Made by a program: the position numbers and the translations under genes. This document shows positions 46,651 through 58,057 of a stretch of DNA of 64,000 bases, in pieces. Source of the DNA: Minutocellus sp. GHC0000111 (Eukaryota); assembly GCA_977018835.1 (NCBI GenBank), contig OZ361257.1, positions 2,294,001-2,358,000 on the forward strand, in the 5' to 3' direction. The first letter of the stretch is position 1; every line of letters starts with the position of its first letter. The notes beneath the pieces are model-generated. The model worked only from the letters and a program-made list of their open reading frames with translations, did no database searches and was not told where the DNA came from.

Positions 46651-48720
46651 TTATGGCACAATCTTACCGCTCAAATAGTAGGTCTTGCAGGTGTCGATCT
46701 CGACATTCACCAACTTGCCTCTCAACTCATCGATATCACCATCAAAATACACAATGTAGCCGTGAGTTGTGCGACCCAAAACCTGAGCGGGCACCTTGAC
46801 ATTGCGCTCCTCGACAAGTACTTCCACGGTCCGCCCCATCATCCGTGCTCTTCGTTCAGCCGCATGCTTGAGGTTAAGCTCGTTGATTCGTCGGAGACGA
46901 TCCTGCTTGACCTCCTCCGATAATTGATTGTCCCAGGTTGCCGCGGGAGTATTTGGCCGAGGCGAGTAGGCCGCGGTGTTGACGGAGTCAAAAATAACCT
47001 CATCCATTAGATCCAAAGTATCCTGAAAGTCTTGCTCGGTCTCTCCGGGGAAGCCCACAATTACGTCAGCGGTAATGGATGCATCTGGTAGACGAGATCG
47101 GATGCGATCGACGATAGTCAGGAACTTTTCGCGCGTATGTCCTCGGCCCATGGCCTCCAGAACGGCATTTGAACCAGATTGGAACGGAACATGGAAACTC
47201 TCACATGCCGCAGGAGTCTCGGCGACAGCATCGACAACACCCAGCGACATGTACCGAGGGTGAGACGTAACGAATCGCAGTCGATCCAAACCCTCGACCG
47301 ATCCAACCGCACGGAGGAGATCAGAAAATTTGCGCTTGGGGATCATATCTCTTCCATAGGCGTCAATGTTCTGGCCCAGGAGTGTGATCTCCTTGTATCC
47401 CTTGGACACGAGCTCCTCCACCTCGCGCAGAATGCTTTCGACTGGACGACTCTGCTCGACACCACGTGTGGTGGGGACAATGCAGTAGGTGCACCGCTCG
47501 TTGCATCCATAGATGACATTAACCCACGCAGCCACCTTGGACTGTCTCCGGGGCTTGGTGGAGTCCTCCATAATGTGCGCTGCCTCAGTCGCCACGACCT
47601 GATTTCCATACGACACATCCTCAAGCAGGTCGGAGATGCGGTTGGCATATTGCGGCCCCATGACAAGATCCACCTCGGGTGCACGGCGGAGCAAAGCCTC
47701 GCCCTCCTGCTGAGCGACGCAGCCGGCCACGACGATGGTCACATCCTCACCCTCGCGCTTGCGCTTGGCATGGGGGCCGATGTAGCAATACACCTTCTGT
47801 TCGGCGTGATCACGGATAGAGCACGTATTGAGAACAACGAGATCGGGATTCTTATCCCCAGACTTTTCCTCTTCGGGCTTGATGGGACGGATACCAAGGC
47901 TCTGGAGCTGTCCTTCAATGCGCTCCGAGTCAGCCATATTCATCTGGCAACCCATGGTCTCAATCTTGTAGGTCAGGTCGGTCACAATCTCATCATTGTC
48001 ATCGTTGTCACCCAAAGCACCACCGAGGACACCACGAAGCTTCTTGGGCTTGCTAATCCACTTCCCAGTGGGGCTGGCCTCGTCGATTACCTTGTTGGGC
48101 TTATGCTTGGTGAGAGTCATCTTGCGGACGTCGACCATGACGTCGGCAATCTGCACCAAGTGAACACCTCGGGAAGATTTTGTCATGACAACATCGCCGG
48201 GTTTGGTGGACATATTGAGCACATCCTTCCGAGCCTCGGGGGGCAAGATGAGGTCCAAGTGCTCGTTCTCACCTCCGTCCTCGTTGAGACTCATCCAGCC
48301 GACATTGCCACCCTCCTCTCGCGTTTCGTAGCAATTGCTGATCTGGCCCGCCAGAGTATCGAACTGCATGCCCGCCTTTTTGAGTTCGTTGAGAGACGAT
48401 TCGGCAAGGTCCTCCGAGGCAAACAGAATGTGATTGATCCGAATTGCCGTCAGGGCACCAGCAGAGGCGGAGCTACCTGCCGCCACAATCTCGCGGCTAT
48501 CGACGGTCGTTCCTCGGGCAGTCGGGAACTTGGGAGGAGGCGCCGTGAATTTGGCGTTGCTCTTCTTGCTCGTTGATACGTCCTCACTGGCCGATACCAT
48601 TGAAAGGGCATCGACATTGGCAGAATGACTGCACGAAGGACAATTGATTGGCAGAGCCGGTTGGAAGGCACCACCGCTCGAGGCGATGCATACCAACACG
48701 AATATTATTGGCAGGAGCAT
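46651..48720 (-). CDS. miaB: Plastid-targeted tRNA methylthiotransferase MiaB with an N-terminal parvulin domain
   Basis: TMGCQMN..DSE, NTCSIRD, AGCVAQ, radical-[35 protein letters not shown] and TRAM domain. Signal peptide ends GGA-FQP. Rotamase motifs in aa ~90-195. Confidence 0.93.
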   Translation of the reverse strand: MLLPIIFVLVCIASSGGAFQPALPINCPSCSHSANVDALSMVSASEDVSTSKKSNAKFTAPPPKFPTARGTTVDSREIVAAGSSASAGALTAIRINHILFASEDLAESSLNELKKAGMQFDTLAGQISNCYETREEGGNVGWMSLNEDGGENEHLDLILPPEARKDVLNMSTKPGDVVMTKSSRGVHLVQIADVMVDVRKMTLTKHKPNKVIDEASPTGKWISKPKKLRGVLGGALGDNDDNDEIVTDLTYKIETMGCQMNMADSERIEGQLQSLGIRPIKPEEEKSGDKNPDLVVLNTCSIRDHAEQKVYCYIGPHAKRKREGEDVTIVVAGCVAQQEGEALLRRAPEVDLVMGPQYANRISDLLEDVSYGNQVVATEAAHIMEDSTKPRRQSKVAAWVNVIYGCNERCTYCIVPTTRGVEQSRPVESILREVEELVSKGYKEITLLGQNIDAYGRDMIPKRKFSDLLRAVGSVEGLDRLRFVTSHPRYMSLGVVDAVAETPAACESFHVPFQSGSNAVLEAMGRGHTREKFLTIVDRIRSRLPDASITADVIVGFPGETEQDFQDTLDLMDEVIFDSVNTAAYSPRPNTPAATWDNQLSEEVKQDRLRRINELNLKHAAERRARMMGRTVEVLVEERNVKVPAQVLGRTTHGYIVYFDGDIDELRGKLVNVEIDTCKTYYLSGKIVP

Positions 48721-49173
48721 GCTTGGTCAATCGATATATATATGTATATATATGGTACTCGTTGCGTATCTAACTTGCAATGGTTCAAGCTACAATCCTA
48801 CGAGACAAACAAACTAACGGCACATCCAAACGGCTGCTCTCTCTGACTGGATCGGGATCTCATGGTTGCTTGGTGCGTCATGCAGGGCAGACGGCAAGAC
48901 GGTCAAAAAAGTATTTGAAGGGACGGGAGCAAAAATCAAAAAGAGGGAACTTTCCAACCTCCCCCATCTCTAATTTCGACTGAAATCGTGCCAAAAAGAG
49001 ACCGAGACGGGGCAGGAACTCATGTGTTGTACCTCTGCCGTTGCGATAAAGGAACGCAGACTGCAGCCGAATATCAACACAATAGAGCCCCTTTAATTCT
49101 CTTGTTGGTCTGGATCGATTGTGCATCTTTCAGCTGGTCAAAAATCAGAGAGAAAGAGCGAGAGAGAGAGATC

Positions 49174-50029
49174 ATGACCAACGCGAAGCGAACCATTTTC
49201 CTTGCCGTCACTGCCGCGGTTGCCTTGTCGTCCCTCGGCGAGGGGGTTGCCGCCGCTGCCGGTTCATCAACGACGGCACATGCTGCCTCTCCATTTGTCC
49301 ACCGTGACCTCCAGAGCAACAATGTGCTGACTGTCTGTCCCGACGCAACGCAGTGCACCCGTGGGAGACGATGCTACAAGACCGGCCGGGAGGCGGAGGA
49401 ATCGGGATTGGACGAGTATGCCTGCGGTGACTGCGAGGACATTGACGACAACAACGGCCGGTGCGAGTTCGCCGAGGAGGTCTTTTGCGTCGTCAGCGAC
49501 GATGCCGATACCAGCAACTGGTTCTGTGTCAACGAGGGACGGTGCATCAACGATCGCGTTGGAAGTATCGAGTGAGTGCATGCTGATGCCTTTTTTTATC
49601 TCCTCGTGTGTGTGTGTTATATTGATTGTTAAATGATATCTATATGCGTTGTCATCTCATGATGTTTGCTCCCATACTTGCATATGATTCTCTTCATTTA
49701 TGAGCAGTCGCGCCAGATGCCAGTGCCCATCCAGGTACGAGGGTCCCAACTGCCAGCTGCGCAAGTCGACCAGTTCCATCACGGAAGAGCCGGACTCCAA
49801 TAACGACCCCAACGATATCAGATCCGAGACTGGTTCGGGCAGCCGAGCTTTGTCCACCGGCGCTATCATTGGCATCGCCGTTGGTGGTTTCGTCGCCCTT
49901 GTCGGCATTCTATTGCTCCTTGGAAGACGTAAGGGACGCGGCGATGAAGACCACAACGACAGTGTCATCAGCTCTGTGGAGCACAGTCAGCAGTTCCAGC
50001 ACTCTGACGACCACCATGAGTACGCATAG
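49174..50029 (+). CDS. Single-pass membrane protein with EGF-like Cys-rich domains; intron 49572-49707
   Basis: Signal peptide, GRCEF, FCVNEGRC..CQCPSRYEGPNC and TM helix GAIIGIAVGGFVALVGILLLL followed by GRRK. Confidence 0.8.
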
Positions 50030-50562
50030 GCGATGCGCCTTTACGAATCAACGGGGCGCGACAATGCGAATCATTCAATGGGGTCTAGCATAGTCTTTAA
50101 TGTTATCAATTGTAGAGTATTTTTTTACAAGAAAGAATATCAATTGTACGAAAAGAGAAAATCAACAAAACAAACAAACATCGACCGGAGAGTGAGCCTG
50201 TCTTTCTCTCAGCCTCCCTCAAAATAAAAACGCAAATCCGAGTACACCGGCGTACAAAAAACAAAATTTGCAAGGGAAATGAAGCAGAGTGGGGCACCAC
50301 AGAGGCAGTCCATGAATCAGGCAGGGTGAGAGAAGCGCAAGCAGAGAAAGGGAGTGTGCACAACCAAATCGAGATGAGAGGTCCCTCGCGTAAGATTACT
50401 CGGCTATTTTTATATCGACTCATTCGACTCGATGGTCGGTGAGCTGGAGTTTCCAGCCCCAACTTCAACAACGCGCCCATCGCCCACTTCTCCTCCACTT
50501 CGTCACCCCGTTTGCAGGTTCACTGTTATCGAATAACCACCTTGATTTCCAACAAACCAAAT

Positions 50563-51565
50563 ATGAAGACCTCAGCCGCTGCCATCCTCGCCGTTGTTGC
50601 CGCCTCGGCCAACGGTGCCTCCGCCTTCGTCGCTCCTCGTGCCGCCGGCGTTTCGTCCGTCGTGGCTGCTCCTGCTTCTTCGTCGGCTCTCTCCATGGCC
50701 TCCTCCGTGGACGACAAGACCGAGGTTCGGGAATACTTCAATACCGAGGGATTCAACCGCTGGAACAAGATCTATTCCGATTCCGATGAGGTCAACTCCG
50801 TCCAGCTCGACATCCGCAATGGTCACGATCAGACCATCCAGAAGATTCTGAACTGGATCGAGGCCGATGGCGACATCAAGGGAAAGAGCGTCTGCGACTG
50901 TGGATGCGGCGTTGGCAGTTTGGCCATCCCTCTGGCCCAGATGGGTGAGTTCCTTTTGCGCACTTACATTCCCGGGACATGCTAGTATTTATGAGCTCGG
51001 ATTTGACTTTTGCCGAAAGAAACACACGATGTACATGTACCGGCAATACACATTGTTTTCTTTTTGATTCGCTACAATTCATCTGACATCATTATGTTCC
51101 GTCTTCCAATTGAAATGAACATCAGGCGCCAAGATTTCGGCCAGTGATATCTCTGATTCCATGGCTGGTGAGGCTGCCGCTCGTGCCAAGTCCCTTGGCA
51201 TCAGGAATGCCAAGTTCTACACTTCGGACTTGGAGTCGGTTACCGGCAAGTACGATACCGTCACCTGCGTTGATGTTGCTATTCATTACCCCACTGAGAA
51301 GATGGCGGAGATGGTTGGACATTTGTGCTCTCTTTCCAAGGATCGGGTTTTGGTTTCCTTTGCTCCCAAGACGTGGTATTATTCTCTGCTGAAGAAGGTC
51401 GGTGAGCTTTTCCCCGGCCCCAGCAAGACTACTCGGGCATACCTCCATGAGGAGCAGGTTGTTCGGGATGCACTCAAGAAGGCTGGCTTTGAGGTAACAA
51501 GGGAGGAGATGACTGCCACCAACTTCTACTTCTCGCGACTTTTGGAGGCCAAGAAGGTGGCATAA
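50563..51565 (+). CDS. chlM: Mg-protoporphyrin IX O-methyltransferase; intron 50945-51125
   Basis: ASA-FVAP plastid presequence; EYFNTEGFNRWNKIY, QLDIRNGH, CDCGCGVGSLAIPLA, CVDVAIHYP, SFAPKT, GELFPGPSKTTRAYLH and FYFSRLLEA. Confidence 0.96.
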
Positions 51566-51737
51566 AGAAATGCGGCGAAGTATACTGAAGGGATGAAAGA
51601 TAATGAATAAATCAAACCGGTTTTGTAACAGAATGTTTCTAAAAGTCATTACCGGTACCATGAATTGTATACATAATATCGAAAGAATATGCGTATCGAA
51701 AGAATATGCGTGTGTAGACGAATGAATATGAATAAAT

Positions 51738-53822
51738 CTACCTCTTGCTTGAAAGAGCACTATCGATGGTTGGTGCAGGGCGTTTCGCGGGGGTGACTAT
51801 GTTGGGTCGAGATCGCTTCACAGGAGATCTACTCCATGTGGGTTCATATGAGGAGCGACTCCTCCTAGAAGTGGGACTTCCAGAAGCACGAGCAGAGCGG
51901 CTACCTCTCCTTTCGAAATGGCTGTGTTTTCGGTGAATATTTCGGTGGCGGTTGGTTTGGTAGCGCTTCTTCCTGCGCCCCCATGTCTCTTCCTCATCAT
52001 CACTGGCGGTGAAGGAGTCCATGCTGAAAATATAGTTAGGGTCGATCACATCATCATTCGATAAACTGTCGTCGTCGTTCTCGGACATGGATGGTTCAAT
52101 AAACCCTTCATCTTCAACTGTAGTTCCAGCAACGGAGGTGATGAGATCCTGTCTCAATTGTGCTGCTGATGGAAATAGCCCGCAGAGCTCATCGATTATA
52201 ATCTCTACGGCGTCGTTGGCAGTATCTTCATTCCCTGCTCGTAGCATAATACAAGGATGATCCAGAGCGGGGAGCATGTTGCCAAATAAGACGTGGTATT
52301 TTTTATCCCACTCGTCACGAGGACTATAAAACCACAGTTGTGCAGACATTTTTCGAACGAGTTCGTCCTTGTTGGCGCCCGCGGGACCGATGAGCGCACC
52401 GCGTAATTTACCCACACTAAGGTAGGAGGGGCAAACAATTCTTCGAACTTCAACGTCATTCTGTCCCCTCCAACTCTTGACTGGCCCGATGCGGTTGTAT
52501 GCGATAGAATTAGAGGGCGCAGATTTTGGCACATTTCCACTATCAGTGCTTGAAGAGAAAGTAAGTTTGTAAAAGCTGGGATCATGAAGTGTCGCTTCTT
52601 GGACCGATTCCAATAGCTCTTTTCGAAGAGTTTCGCCACTCGTTCCTGTTTTGCCACGGAATTCATTGCTCAGAATGTGCACGATCACTTTCACAGCATG
52701 CTGAGCTATCTCTCGCGTCTTGGCTCTGATCATGATGCAATTGGGGCTGCCCCAGATCGGCGCAATATCACCATAACGTCTAGTCTGGCCAAGATGCCTT
52801 TGGCTTGCCTTCAACTGTCTATGGATCACGTCATACTTGATCCCGAGCTTCGATTCAAGTTGTTTCTTGCATGTGGTTCCTTTAGTCCCAATCAGTTTTC
52901 CAGTGATATATAAGAAAGCCACATGTTTGGGAATTTCGATTCTTCTTACATGGACTGTATCAGTAGCAGTAGAGGAAGAGTCGTCATTCTTTTCAGTTTT
53001 AATCCTCTTGGCGGTGCGGGGCCGTGCGTCAGATGACAATGATAAGGATGCATCTGCCGACGAAGCCCTCTTCAAATCAGGACGGCCGGCAGCGGACATT
53101 GTGATTCACGAACATTCATCGTCATCTCTACCAAAGCTACTTTCGGCAATGGAAGGTAGCTTTGAAGGTGACGCCGAATTCGAGGGCGAGGGCGACGGCG
53201 AGGCCGGGTTCGATACGGATGCACAATCCTCTTTGCTCTGGGTCGAAAACTCCACTGCTTTTTTCTTCTCCTTCTTTTAATCGGCATGGCGATATGATAC
53301 CAAATCCTGAGACACCCCATGGCGAATTGCTGTTTTCTCATCACGGGTGACAACCTCCAAAGAATACATCCATCTACTACCCTCATTACTGTCCGTGCCG
53401 GCTTGAAATGTGGTGCGATACGCCGACATGACCATGGCCTCCAATCTGTTTCCACCCGCGGATGAAGATATCATGTCACTCATCCCGGGTACTGAAGAAA
53501 GAATGCTGGCAGTAGACGATTTCAGGTATACGGGGCATCCCGGCCCATAGCACAGGCAGGACTCGGTGGCCACCAAGTCCTTCTTTGCCTGTGCATTCGA
53601 CTCGTTTGATGCATTTGGATTGTCATCTGGAATGACGACGTACTGATTCTCCCTCGACGAAGAAAAAAGGTCAACAAATATCCTTCCAATAGATCCACTA
53701 ACAACGGGCGTAGTTGCGTCGGGAAAGTGGGCCAGAACACGACAAGATGGGGGGAAGGGCGCAAGCCGTGCCTTATCTTCTGGGATCGTAAGAATGTTCA
53801 GGTTCGGCTCGACTGGCGCCAT
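51738..53822 (-). CDS. KH-domain RNA-binding protein (two KH-like modules) with in-frame TAA at 53277-53279 and TGA at 53106-53108; possibly a pseudogene or two genes
   Basis: GKLIGTKG and GALIGPAG (GxxG loops) in duplicated VRRIxxP...CIMxRA modules, plus an RS-rich tail. ORFs 53277 and 51738 share one frame. Confidence 0.6.
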
Positions 53823-54122
53823 GTTGGAAATGATATGAATGTGGAAAGCACACACACGGAATGCTTCCTCTACGAACTCTCCTAATGAAATAAGATTATT
53901 TTAAAGACGAAAGCGCGGGGAAAGTTAATTTCCTATCAACGTTTCCACGTTGCTTCTCTCAAGTCAACTTGTGAGAAAGTACTTGAACTGATGGGGCTTG
54001 CCTTATCTTGCTGCCTTGAAGTGAAAGTCGGGCCTTTCCGTTCGCGAGAGCCTGGAAATCAAGCAGATGACGTCGATGATACGTCGAATCGAAAGAAGAG
54101 ACAAAACTGAGCGATGAAGGGC

Positions 54123-54290
54123 ATCGGCAAACCTTTGCGACGGCGACGGGCGCATTGGCCGCATTGTGCGCTTGCTGACCGCTTCCGCCGACCACATACC
54201 GGCATAATCGGCAAACCTTTGCGACGGCGACGGGCGCATTGGCCGCATTGTGCGCTTGCTGACCGCTTCCGCCGACCACATACCGGCATA
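54123..54290. repeat. Perfect 2 x 84-bp tandem duplication
   Basis: ATCGGCAAACCTTTGCG...CACATACCGGCATA at 54123-54206 and 54207-54290. Confidence 0.95.
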
Positions 54291-54399
54291 AGTACAAGTT
54301 CGTGGCCTCACATTCAATCCATCGCAGCTGCGCACATGCACCGGTAGCGATATCATCGCTTTTATCCGAGGGTGGAAAGCAGGCATTTTACTGCCAAAG

Positions 54400-55983
54400 A
54401 TGTCGTCCTCGGCAATCAGCCCAACCGCATTGCTGGCCAAAGTAACGAGCGGTTTCTCCTCTCTCAAGGGAAGTCCGCCGGAACTGTACAAGGCATACGC
54501 CCTTAAGTTTCTGGACTCGTATTCATACTTCAGCTTCTCCATCATATTCACGCTGTTCTTGAGCGAGGATTTTGGTTACAGCGATGTGACAGCCGGCGGC
54601 ATCTATGGCCTTTGGGGGGCTCTCATAACAGTCTGGGGGCTGCTAACGGGTTTCGTCGTCGATAACATTGGCGTCGCAAAGTCACTTCGACTGGGCTTTG
54701 CCTTTTCGTTGGTGGCCAGGATACTGATATTTGCCACCACGTCCAGGTACATGCTCCTCCTCAACATCTGCGTCACACTGCCGCTCGGTAATTGTCTGGG
54801 AATTCCGGTCTTGACCACGGGAATTCGGCAGTATACCAATGAGCATTGCAAAGGTTTCGCGTTCGGCCTGTTTTATGTCATTATGAATATCGCCGCCTTG
54901 CTTTCGTGCCCTGTGGTTGATGCCTTGACTATATGGTTCAAGGGCGGTGATGGTGCGGAAGAGGTGAATGTGGAACAGGCCGACGACGACAACAATGGCA
55001 ATGATGCAGAATCCCAAGGCATCATCACTGCTTGGTCGCTGACTTCTTATCGGGCGATCATCCTTTCTGGCATTGTTGCCAACGTCATCGTTACCACAAC
55101 TGTCAGAGAAATCAAGGTCGATTCCAAGGCCCCAGCGGCATCTCCCCCGGCGTCTCTTGATCCGTCGACTCACAGCAGCAACATGAGTCTCGACGACGCG
55201 CTGGGTGAGTTGGAATTGGAACCGGAAAGCGGATCGATCCGAGAGTTTCAACCAACAAAAGGTTCAGCGATGGAGATTTTACGGGAGACACTGGCAACAA
55301 AAACATTTTGGCGATTTCTGGCCGTTTGCTTGATTACGCTGAACGTGAGAATGATCTTCCGTCATCTTGATGCTACTCTTCCGAAATACATGATGCGAGA
55401 GTTTGGCGACAATGTACCCAAAGGAACGATATACAGTATCAATCCAGCACTCATTATCATTCTGGTTCCCATCATATCGGCTGCAACTACCACGGTGGAT
55501 CCTTTGACCATGATTCACTTTGGTACCTACATCTCTGCGGCATCAGTATTTTTCCTTGTGGCATCGACCAGCGTTTGGGCAACAATTTGCTTCGTCACTG
55601 TCCTTTCTATTGGAGAGGCAATATGGAGCCCTCGCTTGTACGATTACACCATGCAAATGTGCAAAGAGGGGAGGGAGGGAACGTACATGGCGCTTAGTTC
55701 GGCGCCGCTATTTCTCGCGAAGCTACCCGTGGGCTTTATGAGTGGCTATCTGCTGCAGAAGTACTGCCCGGAGGAAGGAGAGCGACAGAGCAAAACCATG
55801 TGGCTTATCATCGGCGTTACCACAGCGGTCAGTCCTATTTTGTTGACATTATGCTGGGGATACATTGCCAAGAAAAATGACGGCGACGAGGATTATCTAG
55901 AGCTGCAAGATGTACCTAGGTACCTAGGTAAGGATCAGGAAGAACACGCCAGAGACCAAAGGATTCTTACGAAGTCCTTCTGA
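54400..55983 (+). CDS. MFS transporter (POT/PTR oligopeptide-transporter-like)
   Basis: About 12 hydrophobic helices; GFVVDNIG, AFGLFYVIMNIA, SINPALIII, SIGEAIWSPR and GREGTYMAL. Confidence 0.85.
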   Translation: MSSSAISPTALLAKVTSGFSSLKGSPPELYKAYALKFLDSYSYFSFSIIFTLFLSEDFGYSDVTAGGIYGLWGALITVWGLLTGFVVDNIGVAKSLRLGFAFSLVARILIFATTSRYMLLLNICVTLPLGNCLGIPVLTTGIRQYTNEHCKGFAFGLFYVIMNIAALLSCPVVDALTIWFKGGDGAEEVNVEQADDDNNGNDAESQGIITAWSLTSYRAIILSGIVANVIVTTTVREIKVDSKAPAASPPASLDPSTHSSNMSLDDALGELELEPESGSIREFQPTKGSAMEILRETLATKTFWRFLAVCLITLNVRMIFRHLDATLPKYMMREFGDNVPKGTIYSINPALIIILVPIISAATTTVDPLTMIHFGTYISAASVFFLVASTSVWATICFVTVLSIGEAIWSPRLYDYTMQMCKEGREGTYMALSSAPLFLAKLPVGFMSGYLLQKYCPEEGERQSKTMWLIIGVTTAVSPILLTLCWGYIAKKNDGDEDYLELQDVPRYLGKDQEEHARDQRILTKSF

Positions 55984-56320
55984 ATTTGTTGCAGACTCTA
56001 ACGAGGTTGGTGGCCTTGGAAGACGAAGGGCTGCAGCTTCATTTGCTCCATCACACAGGGCATCATCGTCCAGTCTGAATAGCATAACTTAAAATCACAA
56101 CAATACCGGTAGAAGGGCACTGATATTGCACAAGAGCGTCTCTAAGAAGACTCAGCAGCCAATCCTGAAATCACAGAGATGTTTCCGTTTGCGAGCCGGC
56201 CGGCCCATGCGGTTTTCACCGCGCGCAGCCACCCGCCACCGCCACCACAACCCAGCAGATGTGTATGTTGCCGACAAGGGGCGGGTAATACCAATTGGCA
56301 GTAGCATAAAAGAGCCCAAC

Positions 56321-57815
56321 ATGCATGGGCTATTGCGCGTGATTGTCCTCCTAGCACCCGCCACCATCCTGCCATGCGATTGCTTTGTTTCGATGCCGGT
56401 CACATCCAGGCCGATGTCACCTTTTGCAGCTGCCTCTCGACCTCACGATGACGGGGCGGCATCTTGCGCTACATCAGTAGCCGGCGGCGGCAAACCAATC
56501 CTTTGCAAGACGGTAGAAACCCTTCAAGCTTGCCGATCTATATCATCTGGAGTTGTCCATCAAAGCTTCATTGTGTGGAATGTCTTGCCAGCGATTGGGA
56601 ATCGACCCTGCCACCGGTTCGTCATTACTTTTGCTATCTGATCGAGCAAGGGATGGCTTGCATAAAGAGGAACCGAGCGAAAGAGGTACATTTGCGCATA
56701 CCAAATGCGATCATCTCTTCACCATTAGTAAGAGCCAAAGTGTTGAGTGGATCGGTTTGGAGCTTGCTAGTGCTGGCGACGCCGAGGGTTTGGTCGGTGA
56801 ATTGAGAAAGAAAGCGGATGAGGTTGAGATGATGATGCGAGACCAGGCGGGTACGAGTGTCAATGGCCCTTCAGAAATAACTTGGACATTGGAGTATACT
56901 CGAATGGGCAACGTTGGCGGTCACAAGGACAGACCTCGGCATACTTCCAAAACTCTTTGCTATGGTGTGGCGAATGCATTGAAATTGCCACCAGAATTGG
57001 ATGCCAAGTCTGACTCTGCTTGTTCACTTGTTATTCTTGACGGCCCAGACAAAATACGACTTTGCCTTGCCATGTCTGGGGGCAAGGGCGACACAAAAGG
57101 TAAAGGTGCTACAGATATTGTTCAGAATAAATGGCCAGGAAGACCGTTCCAGTATAGCTCAGCGATGAATCCAACAGCTGCATCAATCGTTGTGGACATT
57201 TTGCTTCGAATGTGCGAAAAGGACAAAATGGATAACACTCCAACACTTCTTGATCCAACATGCGGCAGCGGGACATTTCTAGCATTTGCAGTGGGGAACG
57301 GGGCCAATGCAATTGGTTGGGACATCAAAGAGAGCTGCTGCGAGGGTACTAGAAGAAATTTGAAGTACCTGACGGAAGCAATTGTGAGCGAGGGCATGGA
57401 GCCTTCGTCAGCACAAGTGCGTGCTTATCGGATAGATAATCAAGACGCCGCGCAAGTTTCCATCGATGCACTGGGAAAAGACGAGGTTGACTGCGCCGTA
57501 GCAAACTTGCCATGGGGACAAAATACGCCAACATATTATGAGGAGAACAATATGATATTGGACGCGTTGAGAGGTATATTGAGATCTGATGCTGCTGTGC
57601 CCGTTGCGATTATAAGCCGAGATTCGAGTGTGCAGAAAGAGCTCGAGCGCATTGGCTTTCGAGTGCTGGGGGCGGCGAGCATTCCACAAAGTAACTTTCG
57701 TTTGCCAAAGGCGTCCAAGAAGAAAAAGAAGAGAAAAGAGGTGGCTGATGACGACGGCAATGATGCTCAGGACAGGGGCTCAATTTGCGTGGTAACAATC
57801 GCTGTGACAGATTAG
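56321..57815 (+). CDS. Class I SAM-dependent RNA methyltransferase (Trm11/UPF0020-like), probably plastid-targeted; frameshift near 56520
   Basis: RPFQYSSAMNP, LLDPTCGSGT, GWDI and VANLPWG. The upstream frame gives the signal peptide MHGLLRVIVLLAPATILPCDC-FVS. Confidence 0.75.
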
Positions 57816-58057
57816 AGAAGACGTACTGCTTACATGTAGAACTTAACTTTCTACTTTGCGGTTTAACACACTGATTCTAAACTTTCTTAGATCCAGCTGG
57901 AATCTTCAAGCTCTATTGTAGAGATCTGGCTTGGCCTTCGCTTCTTGGTGGCCTTTTTATTTTGCAAGTTTCTCATCTCGCGCTCACGCACGCAGTCAAG
58001 TTGGTCTGCTCGTCGTCGGGACTTCCGGCATGACCCGTCGACCCTACCCGTCACATC

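Noticed and set aside
47179..48576. 465-aa plus-strand ORF
   Set aside because: Antisense shadow of miaB.
53106..53108. Selenocysteine TGA
   Set aside because: It lies in a low-complexity linker downstream of a TAA, with no redox motif and no SECIS that I can recognise.
23332..53279. Genome-wide stop-codon reassignment
   Set aside because: The internal stops are few and of all three types. TAG, TAA and TGA each end genes at expected C-termini (RPA49 TAG, chlM TAA, MFS TGA), and the window is error-rich.
54123..54290. CRISPR-like array
   Set aside because: Two abutting 84-bp copies with no spacers and no cas genes, in a eukaryotic context.
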